64,000 bases of DNA, taken from positions 700 to 64,699 of the forward strand of contig JAIBAC010000002.1 of NCBI GenBank assembly GCA_019695375.1, written 5' to 3'. The notes under the pieces are model-generated. The model saw only the letters and a program-made list of their open reading frames with translations, had not been told where the DNA came from and made no database searches. Shown here piece after piece: positions 1 to 8,645 of this stretch. The DNA comes from Acidimicrobiia bacterium. GTDB lineage: Bacteria > Actinomycetota > Acidimicrobiia > UBA2766. The position numbers and the translations under genes were made by a program. Position 1 is the stretch's first letter, and the number at the start of each line of letters is the position of its first letter.

Positions 1-936
1 GGCGTTCGGGCGCCTGTCCTCGATGTAGCCCTTCTGGTCCTTCTCGACCTGCCACGGGATCCGCACCGAGGCACCGCGGTCGGACACCCCGTAGCTGTAC
101 TCGGTCCAAGGAGCGGTCTCGTGTAGGCCCGTGAGGCGCCGCTCGATGCCGTAGCCGTAGCTCTCGACGTGCTCGGTGGCCCGCTTGCCGAGCGCCTCGC
201 ACGCCGTGATGATCGCGTCGTAGCCCTCGCGCATCGCCTTCGTGGAGAAGTTCGTGTGCGCGCCGGCCCCGTTCCAGTCGCCCTGGACCGGCTTGGGGTC
301 GAGCGTGGCGGCGACGTCGAAGTCCTCCGCGACCCTGTACAGGAGCCAGCGAGACACCCAGATCTGGTCGGACACCTCGAGCGGGCTGAGCGGGCCGATC
401 TGGTACTCCCACTGGCCCATCATGACCTCGGCGTTGGTCCCGCTGATGCCGAGACCGGCGGTCATGCACGCCTCGGTGTGGGCCTCGACTATGTCGCGCC
501 CGAAGATCTCGTCGGCGCCGACACCGCAGTAGTAGCCACCCTGAGGGGCGGGGAACCCACCGGAAGGCCAGCCGAAGGGACGGCCGTCCTTGAAGAACGT
601 GTACTCCTGTTCGATTCCGAACAGGGGCTCCTGTCCCGCGAACTTCTCCGCGACCGCCGCACATGCAGCACGCGTGTTCGACTCGTGCGGGCTCATGTCG
701 GTGTTGAGGACCTCGGCCATGACGAGCACGTCGTCGCCGCCGCGGATCGGGTCGGGACACGAGAAGACCGGGCGCAGCACGCAGTCCGAGGCGCTGCCGG
801 GCGCCTGGTTCGTGCTCGAGCCGTCGAAGCCCCAGATGGGCAGGTCGGCGCCATCAGGCACGATCTTGGTCTTCGAACGCAGGTGTGGTGTGGGGTCGGT
901 GCCGTCGATCCAGATGTACTCGGCGCGGTAAGGCAT
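1..936 (-). CDS. glnII: Glutamine synthetase type II (eukaryote-like GSII), C-terminus runs off the window start
   Basis: Reverse-strand translation from ATG at 936..934 gives MPYRAEYIWIDGTDPTPHLRSKTKI..., the characteristic GSII N-terminus. The ORF is open to position 1. Confidence 0.85.
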   Translation of the reverse strand, partial: MPYRAEYIWIDGTDPTPHLRSKTKIVPDGADLPIWGFDGSSTNQAPGSASDCVLRPVFSCPDPIRGGDDVLVMAEVLNTDMSPHESNTRAACAAVAEKFAGQEPLFGIEQEYTFFKDGRPFGWPSGGFPAPQGGYYCGVGADEIFGRDIVEAHTEACMTAGLGISGTNAEVMMGQWEYQIGPLSPLEVSDQIWVSRWLLYRVAEDFDVAATLDPKPVQGDWNGAGAHTNFSTKAMREGYDAIITACEALGKRATEHVESYGYGIERRLTGLHETAPWTEYSYGVSDRGASVRIPWQVEKDQKGYIEDRRPNA

Positions 937-971
937 GTGGTTGCTCCATCCGTCTGGCTGCTGCGAGCAGG

Positions 972-1026
972 TTTCCACGGCGCGATTTCCCGACCGTTGC
1001 AGTCATGTGAACGGCGTGTGAACGGA
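972..1026 (-). promoter_or_regulatory. Candidate GlnR-box cluster 36-90 bp upstream of glnII, with repeated GTTCAC and GAAAC/GAAAT half-sites
   Basis: Minus-strand reading: GTTCAC-acgcc-GTTCAC-atgact-GCAAC-ggtcgg-GAAAT-cgcgccgtg-GAAAC. Resembles the actinobacterial GlnR a/b-site pattern GTnAC-n6-GaAAC. Confidence 0.3.
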
Positions 1027-1038
1027 CACGGGACGCGA

Positions 1039-1141
1039 TCTCGGCGCGCTCGTGGACACCGAAGCGCGTCTCGGCGCGCACGTGGCACCGTGTTGCCATC
1101 TGCGCGCCGAGACCGGTCGGGGCGTCCGTCAGCGCGCCGAG
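1039..1141. repeat. Copy A of a ~103-bp nested-palindrome repeat: TCTCGGCGCG(C) x2, loop, GCGCGCCGAGA x2
   Basis: Near-identical copy at 1680..1782. Inner stem TCTCGGCGCGC/GCGCGCCGAGA with loop ACGTGGCACCGTGTTGCC. Confidence 0.7.
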
Positions 1142-1171
1142 AACACCAGCGCAAGCGGGCAATATGGGGAC

Positions 1172-1636
1172 ATGGCGATCTCGAAGCAGGCGGTTCAGGC
1201 GTTCACGGGGGACTACCAGTCGGTGTTCGGGGCGGTGTGTGCCGCGCTGCAGGCCGAGAGAATGCAGATCTTGTCGGCCGACCCCGCCACGGGGGTGATC
1301 AACGCGTCGGGGTCGATGTCGTGGATCTCCTGGGGCGAGAACATCGTGATCGGCGTCGGTGCCGACCCGGCGGGCACGGTGTCGGTGAGCCTGCGGTCGA
1401 AGTTGAAGTTCGGGCTCGTGGACTGGGGTAAGAACCAGCAGAACATCAACAGGCTGTTCGGCCGCATCGGTGCCTTCGTCCAGAACCCGGCCATGATCCA
1501 GGCGCAGGCAGCCCAAGCCGGTGCGTGGCATCCCGACCCGCACGGCCGCCACGAGCTCCGCTACTGGGACGGCACCGTCTGGACCGACCACGTCAGCGAC
1601 GACGGCCAGGTGTCGACGGACCCGGTAGGTGCCTGA
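1172..1636 (+). CDS. Hypothetical protein with C-terminal DUF2510-like motif (WHPDPHGRHELRYWDGTVWTDHV)
   Basis: ORF-track frame 1052..1636. First ATG is at 1172 (MAISKQAVQ...). The C-terminus matches the actinobacterial DUF2510 signature. Flanked by repeat copies A and B. Confidence 0.55.
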   Translation: MAISKQAVQAFTGDYQSVFGAVCAALQAERMQILSADPATGVINASGSMSWISWGENIVIGVGADPAGTVSVSLRSKLKFGLVDWGKNQQNINRLFGRIGAFVQNPAMIQAQAAQAGAWHPDPHGRHELRYWDGTVWTDHVSDDGQVSTDPVGA

Positions 1637-1679
1637 GGCACCTCCGTTCACCACCCCCAGCGAAACATCAAACTCCACG

Positions 1680-1782
1680 GTCTCGGCGCGGATGTGGACA
1701 TCGGAGCAGGTCTCGGCGCGCACGTGGCACCGTGTTGCCGTCAGCGCGCCGAGACCGGGCGGGACGTCCGTCAGCGCGCCGA
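1680..1782. repeat. Copy B of the ~103-bp nested-palindrome repeat, in the convergent gap between the DUF2510 gene and nurA
   Basis: Aligns to 1039..1141 with about 8 mismatches. A partial third CCGAGACCGGG arm follows. Confidence 0.7.
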
Positions 1783-1808
1783 GACCGGGTGGGACGTACC
1801 TCGGTGGT

Positions 1809-2732
1809 TCATGCGGCCGCGGCGCGGCGCAACGCCCGGTAGAGGATCTCGCGGTCGCCGAGACGGCGTCTCAGCTGCGCCTCGAGCCCTGCGATCGGGT
1901 ACAGGTTCTGGGGCGCACGCGGTTCGCGGTGGTTGCGCGACGCGAACCGGACGACGGTCGCGGCAACGGCGTCGGCGAGCGATGCGACTTCGGCCGTCGA
2001 CCTGTCGGCGATGGTCTCGCAACGGATGCGGCCCGACAGCGGCGACCCGCCGTCCTCACCGGGGAGGCGCACGTACCAGCTGAGCATGGGCCGGCCCCAC
2101 GAGTCGAAGAGGAACAACGGCGTGCGCTCACCGGGCCGCAGGTCGCGCAGCACCGCCTGGCACTGCGGCGGCAGATACGCGGTCTGATGGGTCTTCACGT
2201 ACCCGAGCGCGCCGCGGACGTGGCCGCGCTGGCCCAGCGGGCCGTCGAGCACCACCAGGTCGGCTGCACCCGCATCGGCGGCGACGACGCCCTCGAGCGC
2301 CCCCATTTCGGTCTGCATGGCGAGGCTGAGCGACTCGACCGTGTCGTCGTGGGCGAGGTGGACTGCATACGCGCCCCAGCGGGTCTGCACGTCGTCGGCG
2401 TCGGAAGCGGTCGTGAACAGGCGCCGGCGCACCTCGGCGGCGACGACCTCGGCCTTGCCGTTGCAGCGCACCGCTCCCGCCGCGTAGCTGGCGCAGATCC
2501 CGTGGCGACCGGTGTCAGTGCCGTCGGTGTCGATCCAGACATGGGCGTCGATGCGTCGCACCCCGTCGACGAAGAGCACGTCGGCAATCGGCGCGGCTTG
2601 CGGCGCGATCGGCGCCCACGCCTGTGGGTCGACCTCGATGCCGGCGTCGACGTTCGCCGTGGTGGGTGCCAGGGCGGCGTCGTCGACGGGGCTGCCGTAC
2701 TCGGGCGCCCACGGTTCGACGTGGAACCTCAC
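1809..2732 (-). CDS. nurA: NurA-like 5'-3' nuclease (RNase-H-like), last gene of the herA-sbcD-sbcC-nurA string
   Basis: 307 aa. LFVDGVRRID matches the NurA motif-I (hhDGS-type) aspartate. Its start ATG overlaps the sbcC stop (ATGA at 2729..2732). Operon context matches the archaeal herA-mre11-rad50-nurA arrangement. Confidence 0.5.
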   Translation of the reverse strand: MRFHVEPWAPEYGSPVDDAALAPTTANVDAGIEVDPQAWAPIAPQAAPIADVLFVDGVRRIDAHVWIDTDGTDTGRHGICASYAAGAVRCNGKAEVVAAEVRRRLFTTASDADDVQTRWGAYAVHLAHDDTVESLSLAMQTEMGALEGVVAADAGAADLVVLDGPLGQRGHVRGALGYVKTHQTAYLPPQCQAVLRDLRPGERTPLFLFDSWGRPMLSWYVRLPGEDGGSPLSGRIRCETIADRSTAEVASLADAVAATVVRFASRNHREPRAPQNLYPIAGLEAQLRRRLGDREILYRALRRAAAA

Positions 2733-5134
2733 GACTCGATCCGCTCGACCGCGGAGCCGTTGGGGCCGTTGGACACCTCGAAACGCAGCGGCACGCGCTC
2801 GGCCAGGTCGCTGACGTGGGTCACGAGGCCGACCATGCGTCCGCCGGCACCGAGCTCCTCGATCGCAGCGGCGACGACGTCGAGGGTGTCGGCGTCGAGG
2901 GTGCCGAAGCCCTCGTCGAGGAAGAGCGACTCGAGGCGGGCCGCCCCGCGCGTAGCCATCGACGCGATGTGCTCACCGAGGGCGAGCGCCAGCGCGAGCG
3001 ACGCCAGGAACGTCTCGCCTCCCGACAACGTGCGCGCCGAGCGCGGCTGGTCGGCGTTGCGGTGGTCGATGACGTCGAACCCGCTCGCCTTGTCGTCGAG
3101 GGCGAGCGAGTACGCACCACCGGAGAGCTCCTCGAGGATCTCGCTCGCCCCGATCACGAGCTGCTCCTGGGCCTCGCGCTGCAGCCACGTCTGGAAGCCG
3201 TCGGTCTTGAGGTGGCGCCCGAGCGTGTCGGCGACCTTCCTCGCCGCCTCGAGGCCTGCCATCTCGGTGCGCAGCGAGCGCGCCTGCGCCAGGTTCGTCT
3301 CCGCGGTCGCATGCGCGATGCGGGCCTGCTCGGCGGCGCGGGGCACTCCGGCGGTGAGCCCGGCGACGTCGTCGACCTCGATGCCTATTTCTGCGGCTGC
3401 CGCGCAGAGCTCAGTGACGACCGCTGCCGCCGTCGACTCGGCCTTGGCGACGGCGGCCTCTGCACCGGCGAGCGCGTCTCTCTGCGCGGGCACGAGGTCA
3501 GCGGCCCAGCGCGCAAGTGCGGCCCAGTCGTCGCGCAGGTCCTCTTGGCCGGGCTCGGGCGGCGTCCAGGCGGCGACCCGGTCGCGGCCGGCGAGGAAGC
3601 GGCCGCGGGCGTCCTTGTCCGCCTTCTCTGCGCCGTCGAGGGCTTGACGCGCCTTGGCGTGGTCAGCGCGTGCGGTGTCGAACGTGGACGTAGCCGACCG
3701 CACCGTCTCTTCGAGCTCGGTCCGCCGCCTCTGCTGCTGGGCGCATTCGTCGGCGGTGGGAGCTTCGGCGAGCTCGGCGGCCAGCTCGGCCTCCTGCTCG
3801 TGCAGGCGCTGGAGCTGGCCGGCGGCATCACGGTGGTCGCGGGCGGCGGCGCTCGCGGTTGCCCGTGCCGCGTCGGCCTGGGCCTCGGCGTCCTGGAGCG
3901 CTGCCTGCGCGGCGGGCACCTCGGCCGGTGTGTCCAGGGACGGCACGGTGGTGACGGTCTGGGCGCAGACGGGGCAGGGCTCGCCGGGAGCGAGGGTCTC
4001 GGCGAGCGTGTGGGCGAGATGGCTGTCCTGCACGCTGCGCAGGTGGCGCCGCGCAACCTCGACCTGCTCGTCTGCCGCCTTTGCGGCAGTCGTCGCGTCG
4101 TCCTCGGCCGCAGCGAGTGGGGTCAGGGATTCCCCGAGGTCGTGGATCTGGGCCGCGAGCTTCGCGCGGCGCTCGTGCGCGGCTCTCACGCGGCCGAGCA
4201 CCCCCGCATCGGGGAGCTCGTCGACGGCGGCGGTCGCCTCGCGCAACGTGTCCGCAGCCGCAGCCTCGCGGGCTTCGGCCTCGGCGACGGCACGCCGCGC
4301 CACCGCGACGGCCTCGGCGATGTCGCCGATGCCGTCTGGCACCTGGACGGCACCGAGCACCGCGATCGCGTCGCTTGCAGTCGCGGCGTCATCGCGCCCG
4401 CGCCGCACGCTCTCCTGGAGTGCCTGCAACTGCGGTTCGGCTGTGCGCAGGCGCGCCTCGAGCGCCTCGGTCTCCCGGCAGCGCTGCGCCGCACCGGCCA
4501 CCAGCTCCTCCGATGCCGCGCCGATCTGCTCGAGCTTGCCGTCGAGAACCTTCACCTCGGTCGCGAGCGACGCTGCACGCTCGCGCGCTCGTTTGCCCAT
4601 CTGCTCGTACACCCCGAGGTCGAGGAGGCGCATGAGCAGGGCCTGACGGTCCTTGGGCTTGTCGAGCAGGAACTGCGCGAACTCGCCCTGGGGCAGCACC
4701 ACGCAGCGGGTGAAGTGCTCGAAGCCGAGTCCGAGCAGCCCCTCGACGGCTTTGGTCACCTCGTCGGCGGTTCCGGCGAGCACCTCGGGATCGCCGCCGC
4801 TGTGGACGCGCTCGAGGCGGGCCTCCTTGGTCGTGGCCCCCTTGCCCTTGGTGCGCCGCACGACCCGCGTGGCGACGTAGTCGTCACCACCGACGGAGAA
4901 CTCGAGACTGACGACCGCCTCGTTGCGGCTCTGGCTCACGACCGGGGCGACGGCACGCAGGTCGTCGTAGCGCGGCACCGCCCCGTAGAGGGCGAAGACG
5001 ATCGCGTCGATCAGGCTCGACTTACCCGCACCCGTGGGGCCGCAGAACGCGAACAGGTCGGCGCCGTCGAAGTCGACGACGGTGCGCCCGCGGAACGAGG
5101 TGAAGCCCTCGAGCTCAAGACGCCGCGGGCGCAT
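2729..5134 (-). CDS. sbcC: SbcC/Rad50 family ATPase (DNA double-strand break repair)
   Basis: Starts MRPRRLELEGFTSFRGRTVVDFDGADLFAFCGPTGAGKSS (Walker A). Zinc hook CPVC is present, with long coiled-coil Ala/Glu-rich regions. RBS GGAGGA lies upstream of ATG 5134. Overlaps the sbcD stop by 20 nt. Confidence 0.85.
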   Translation of the reverse strand: MRPRRLELEGFTSFRGRTVVDFDGADLFAFCGPTGAGKSSLIDAIVFALYGAVPRYDDLRAVAPVVSQSRNEAVVSLEFSVGGDDYVATRVVRRTKGKGATTKEARLERVHSGGDPEVLAGTADEVTKAVEGLLGLGFEHFTRCVVLPQGEFAQFLLDKPKDRQALLMRLLDLGVYEQMGKRARERAASLATEVKVLDGKLEQIGAASEELVAGAAQRCRETEALEARLRTAEPQLQALQESVRRGRDDAATASDAIAVLGAVQVPDGIGDIAEAVAVARRAVAEAEAREAAAADTLREATAAVDELPDAGVLGRVRAAHERRAKLAAQIHDLGESLTPLAAAEDDATTAAKAADEQVEVARRHLRSVQDSHLAHTLAETLAPGEPCPVCAQTVTTVPSLDTPAEVPAAQAALQDAEAQADAARATASAAARDHRDAAGQLQRLHEQEAELAAELAEAPTADECAQQQRRRTELEETVRSATSTFDTARADHAKARQALDGAEKADKDARGRFLAGRDRVAAWTPPEPGQEDLRDDWAALARWAADLVPAQRDALAGAEAAVAKAESTAAAVVTELCAAAAEIGIEVDDVAGLTAGVPRAAEQARIAHATAETNLAQARSLRTEMAGLEAARKVADTLGRHLKTDGFQTWLQREAQEQLVIGASEILEELSGGAYSLALDDKASGFDVIDHRNADQPRSARTLSGGETFLASLALALALGEHIASMATRGAARLESLFLDEGFGTLDADTLDVVAAAIEELGAGGRMVGLVTHVSDLAERVPLRFEVSNGPNGSAVERIES

Positions 5135-6272
5135 CGGCCTCCTCCATGAGCTCGTCGAAGAGGTCGAGGACCTGCGGGTCGGACGCCGCCCTCTCCTCCA
5201 AGTAGGCGGCGAAGAGCTCCCGCGGGGACTTGCCCACCCGCGACTCCACCGTCTTCGACTCGGGCCGCTGCGGGTCGTCGACCATGACGTCGACAGCCTC
5301 GGAAAAGATGTCGCGCACCTCGTCGGCGAGGCCGACCCGCGGCGCCTCCTTGATGCGGATGCGGAGGTAGGCGTCGCCGGTCGTCCCGGCGAGGGACTCG
5401 AGCTCGGCCATCGTGGCGCGGATGGTGCGCAGGGGCCGGCCGCTGCGCAGCGGTACTTCGCGCACCTGCGCTGGAACTCCCGGGGACGCCTCGACGACGA
5501 GGACCGATTTGGCGTCCTCCTTCTCGCCGAAGTCGAGCTGCAGCGGAGAGCCGCAGTAACGGACCGGGCATGCCGCCGGCAGGGACTGGCTGCGGTGCAG
5601 GTGGCCGAGGGCCACGTAGTGCAGTGAGCTGGGAAAGACCGTGGCTGCGACGCTGTAGTCGAAGACCGTGTGCGCGAGGCGCTCACCGCCGCCGTGGACG
5701 GCGTTGGTGATCGTCGTGTGGCCCAGCAGCACGTTGACCGATCCCGGGTCGAGGTCGGAGCAGAGCAGTGCGACGACTCGCGAGATGCGGTCGGCGTAGG
5801 TCTGGTTGTGCGCGTCGGCGTCCTTGCCGAGGAGGTCGGCGGCGTGGATCACGTGGCGTTGGGACAGGAACGGCAGCAGGGCAATGGCGAGACGCTCGCC
5901 CGACCTGGTCTCGATGTGCCGCACCCCGCCGCCGGCCGGTGCCTGGAAGCGGGTCTGGACGTGGACGCGCCCGAGCTCGAGCAGCGGTGCCACCGCTTCG
6001 AGGCGCCGCGGGTTGTCGTGGTTGCCGGAGACGACCACGACCTCGGCGCCGGTGGCGGCGAGGTCGAGGAGCGCCGCGTAGACGATCTCCTCCGCTTCGG
6101 GGCCGGGGGCCGCCGAGTCGTACAGGTCGCCGCCGACGAGGACGGCGTCGACCTCCTCGTCGCGGGCGATCGCGGCGACCTCCGCGAGCACCTCGCGGTG
6201 CTCGTCGGCGCGGGAGCGGCCCCGCAGCGTCTTACCGACGTGCCAGTCGGCCGTGTGCAGGAGCTTGATCAC
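5115..6272 (-). CDS. sbcD: SbcD/Mre11 nuclease (calcineurin-like phosphoesterase)
   Basis: MIKLLHTADWHVGKTL...GNHD motif. Start overlaps the herA stop (ATGA at 6269..6272). Confidence 0.9.
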   Translation of the reverse strand: MIKLLHTADWHVGKTLRGRSRADEHREVLAEVAAIARDEEVDAVLVGGDLYDSAAPGPEAEEIVYAALLDLAATGAEVVVVSGNHDNPRRLEAVAPLLELGRVHVQTRFQAPAGGGVRHIETRSGERLAIALLPFLSQRHVIHAADLLGKDADAHNQTYADRISRVVALLCSDLDPGSVNVLLGHTTITNAVHGGGERLAHTVFDYSVAATVFPSSLHYVALGHLHRSQSLPAACPVRYCGSPLQLDFGEKEDAKSVLVVEASPGVPAQVREVPLRSGRPLRTIRATMAELESLAGTTGDAYLRIRIKEAPRVGLADEVRDIFSEAVDVMVDDPQRPESKTVESRVGKSPRELFAAYLEERAASDPQVLDLFDELMEEADAPAAS

Positions 6273-8014
6273 GGCAGGCCCCTGAGCGGGTCGTCGTCGG
6301 GTGCGAGCGTCGATGCGGGGTTGTGTCCCGCCTCGGAGCTGCGCGAGGCCCAGGCGGGGAACGGGAACTGCACCATCAGCGGCACCGGCAGCTCGGGCTG
6401 GGTGACCAGCATCGTGCCGGGCTTGAGGATCGTCGACCGCTTGCGTTGCACATCGGGCAGGAAGCCGTACTCGTTGCGGGTGGCCTCGGCGCTGTCGAGG
6501 CGGCCCACGACGCGCATCGCGGCGTTGGCGATGATGCGTCGCTCGACCTCGCTGGCGGTCTGCTGGGCGCCGATGAGGATGACCCCGAGGGAGCGGCCGC
6601 GCTCGGCGATGTCGAGCAGAATCTCCTTGATCGGGCTCGACCCGTCGCGGGGGGCGTACCGGTTGAGCTCGTCGAGGACCACGAACTGCAGCGGGTGCGC
6701 CGTGCCCGAGCGTTCCTTGCGCTCGAACGCCCTGCGCAGCATCACACCGACGACGAAGCGCTTGGCGCGGTCGGCGAGGTTGTGCAGGTCGATCACGGTG
6801 ACCTGCTGGTTCTCGAGGTCGATCCGGTGGCGATCGGGGTTGGCGACGTCGGCGCGGACGAGGGGTTCGAGTGGCTTGACTGCCGCGTGGAGTCTGCGTA
6901 CGAACGCGCCGATGGTCCCGGCGCCGATCGCGCGGCCGGTCCAGCGGAACCGCTCCTCGACGTCGTCACCGTCGGGGTCGACGCGGTCGCCGATGAGGTC
7001 GACGAGCTCGCGGAGGGTGCGCACCGTCTCGCCGTCGATGGAGACCACCCCGTCTCCGACGGAGACCGCCGTCTTGAGCTTCGCGGTGACGTTGGAGACC
7101 ACGATCGTGTACTGCTGGCGGTCGTCCTCGGCGTCGGCGAAGAGGAACGGGAGCAGCTCCTGGTGGCAGAACTCCTCGATCGTCCAGAAGAACGAGGTGA
7201 CCCCGGCGGTGCGGCTCGACACGTCGGCGGTTGCGCTCGGGTCGTCGCGGCGCGGCGGCGCGTAGACCGCCACCGACGGGAACGGGCCGACGGGGAGTCC
7301 CATGCGCCCGTACGCGGCCTCGGCGTCCGCGTCGAGTCGGGTGTTGGCGTGGTCGAGGAAGAGGAGGTCCTCGCCCTTGACGTTGAAGATCAGCGCTTTG
7401 GTGTTGGCCGCGTCGGTGCCGAGCACGCCCGACGTGAACAGCGAGTAGAGCAGGAACGTGGCATAGGTGGTCTTGGTCGCGACGCCGGAGATGCCGCTGA
7501 TGTTGACGTGGCCACCGCGGGTGCCGTCGAGGAACTCGAGGTTGGCGAACACGGCGCCCTCGTCGCGGCTCAGCCCGATCGGCAGCCGCGCCTCCATGCC
7601 GTCGAAGAACAGGGCGGTGTCGCGCTCGTCGCCTTCGGCACGGCGCACCGGTGTGCCCGGCAGCGGCGGCACGAAGACCTCGGGCTCAACACGTGTGGTC
7701 TGCACGAGGGCGGCCTCGCTCACCTCGGCCGGGAGGACACCGTCGTCGACGAGGAAGACGTCGTTGTCGAAGCGGACACCGTCATGGCGTGCGCGCATGT
7801 CGCCGACGAGGCCGTACATCCGCACAGGGTCGCGTCCGGGCACCGCGCGCTCGAGCGCAACGACGTCGTCGAGCTGCAGGTACTGGCCCGGCGCGATCGC
7901 CACCCAGTACTCGAGGGGGGTGGCGTCATCGGTGCCGACGACGAGGCCGACCGGAGGTGCCGCATCCGGTATCGAGGAGTCCATCGACGAGACGTTACCA
8001 ACGCCCTGCGACAT
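6269..8014 (-). CDS. herA: HerA-like FtsK/HerA-superfamily ATPase (DUF87/helicase HerA)
   Basis: 581 aa. N-terminal barrel region followed by an ATPase domain. HerA-type arginine-finger region GRSLGVILIGAQQTASEVERRIIANAAMRVVGRL, with FVVLDELNRYAP Walker-B-like. Only 27 bp downstream of the padR stop. Confidence 0.7.
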   Translation of the reverse strand: MSQGVGNVSSMDSSIPDAAPPVGLVVGTDDATPLEYWVAIAPGQYLQLDDVVALERAVPGRDPVRMYGLVGDMRARHDGVRFDNDVFLVDDGVLPAEVSEAALVQTTRVEPEVFVPPLPGTPVRRAEGDERDTALFFDGMEARLPIGLSRDEGAVFANLEFLDGTRGGHVNISGISGVATKTTYATFLLYSLFTSGVLGTDAANTKALIFNVKGEDLLFLDHANTRLDADAEAAYGRMGLPVGPFPSVAVYAPPRRDDPSATADVSSRTAGVTSFFWTIEEFCHQELLPFLFADAEDDRQQYTIVVSNVTAKLKTAVSVGDGVVSIDGETVRTLRELVDLIGDRVDPDGDDVEERFRWTGRAIGAGTIGAFVRRLHAAVKPLEPLVRADVANPDRHRIDLENQQVTVIDLHNLADRAKRFVVGVMLRRAFERKERSGTAHPLQFVVLDELNRYAPRDGSSPIKEILLDIAERGRSLGVILIGAQQTASEVERRIIANAAMRVVGRLDSAEATRNEYGFLPDVQRKRSTILKPGTMLVTQPELPVPLMVQFPFPAWASRSSEAGHNPASTLAPDDDPLRGLP

Positions 8015-8041
8015 CGCCGCCCAGCCCTCGGGGCCGGCGGT

Positions 8042-8560
8042 TCAGGATTCGAGCAGCAGACGCAGGATCTCCCTGCGCGCCTCGGACAGGATCGTGCTGG
8101 TGCGCTCGACGTCCTCGGGGCGCCCGGTGACGGCGACCTGTTTCACGGCGAGCGAGAGGTCGCGCATCGCCACACGCAACCCCCCTTCCGCGCCGCGCCC
8201 GGCCATCGCCTCCCAGGGGCTCTCGTGGGCGGCGTTGCGCTCCCGCGCCTCGGCGACACCGGCGTCGGTGAGCTCGAAGACGCGCTTGCCGTCGACCTCG
8301 GCCGACGTGACCAGCCCCTCGTCGGCGAGCATCTGCAGGGACGGGTAGACCGAACCCGGGCTCGGTCGCCATCTCCCACCGGTCTTTGCTTCGAGCGCCT
8401 GGATCAGCTCGTAGCCGTGTGCGGGTCCGTCGAGCAGGGCGACGAGCAGCGCCGATCGCACGTTTCCGCGCCGGCCGCGTCCGCGCCCGGCTCGTGGGCC
8501 GCCGCCTCCTTGGCGCCTACCGCGGCGGCCGCTCCGGTTGTGCATCTGGTGTTCGTTCAT
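8042..8560 (-). CDS. PadR-family transcriptional regulator
   Basis: LLVALLDGPAHGYELIQALEAKTGGRWRPSPGSVYPSLQMLADEGLV is a typical PadR wHTH. Confidence 0.8.
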   Translation of the reverse strand: MNEHQMHNRSGRRGRRQGGGGPRAGRGRGRRGNVRSALLVALLDGPAHGYELIQALEAKTGGRWRPSPGSVYPSLQMLADEGLVTSAEVDGKRVFELTDAGVAEARERNAAHESPWEAMAGRGAEGGLRVAMRDLSLAVKQVAVTGRPEDVERTSTILSEARREILRLLLES

Positions 8561-8564
8561 ACAG

Positions 8565-8587
8565 TCACGATATATCGCGATACGTCA
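8565..8587. promoter_or_regulatory. AT-rich palindromic element (CGATATATCG overlapping ATCGCGAT), candidate PadR operator in the divergent intergenic region
   Basis: Perfect 10-bp and 8-bp palindromes form an AT-rich island in otherwise >70% GC DNA, immediately upstream of the padR start. Confidence 0.35.
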
Positions 8588-8645
8588 GGATTTCCAACCA
8601 GATCCCAGGGCAGGCGCCTCGTCGTGCGGTGTCGAACGCGTCGAG

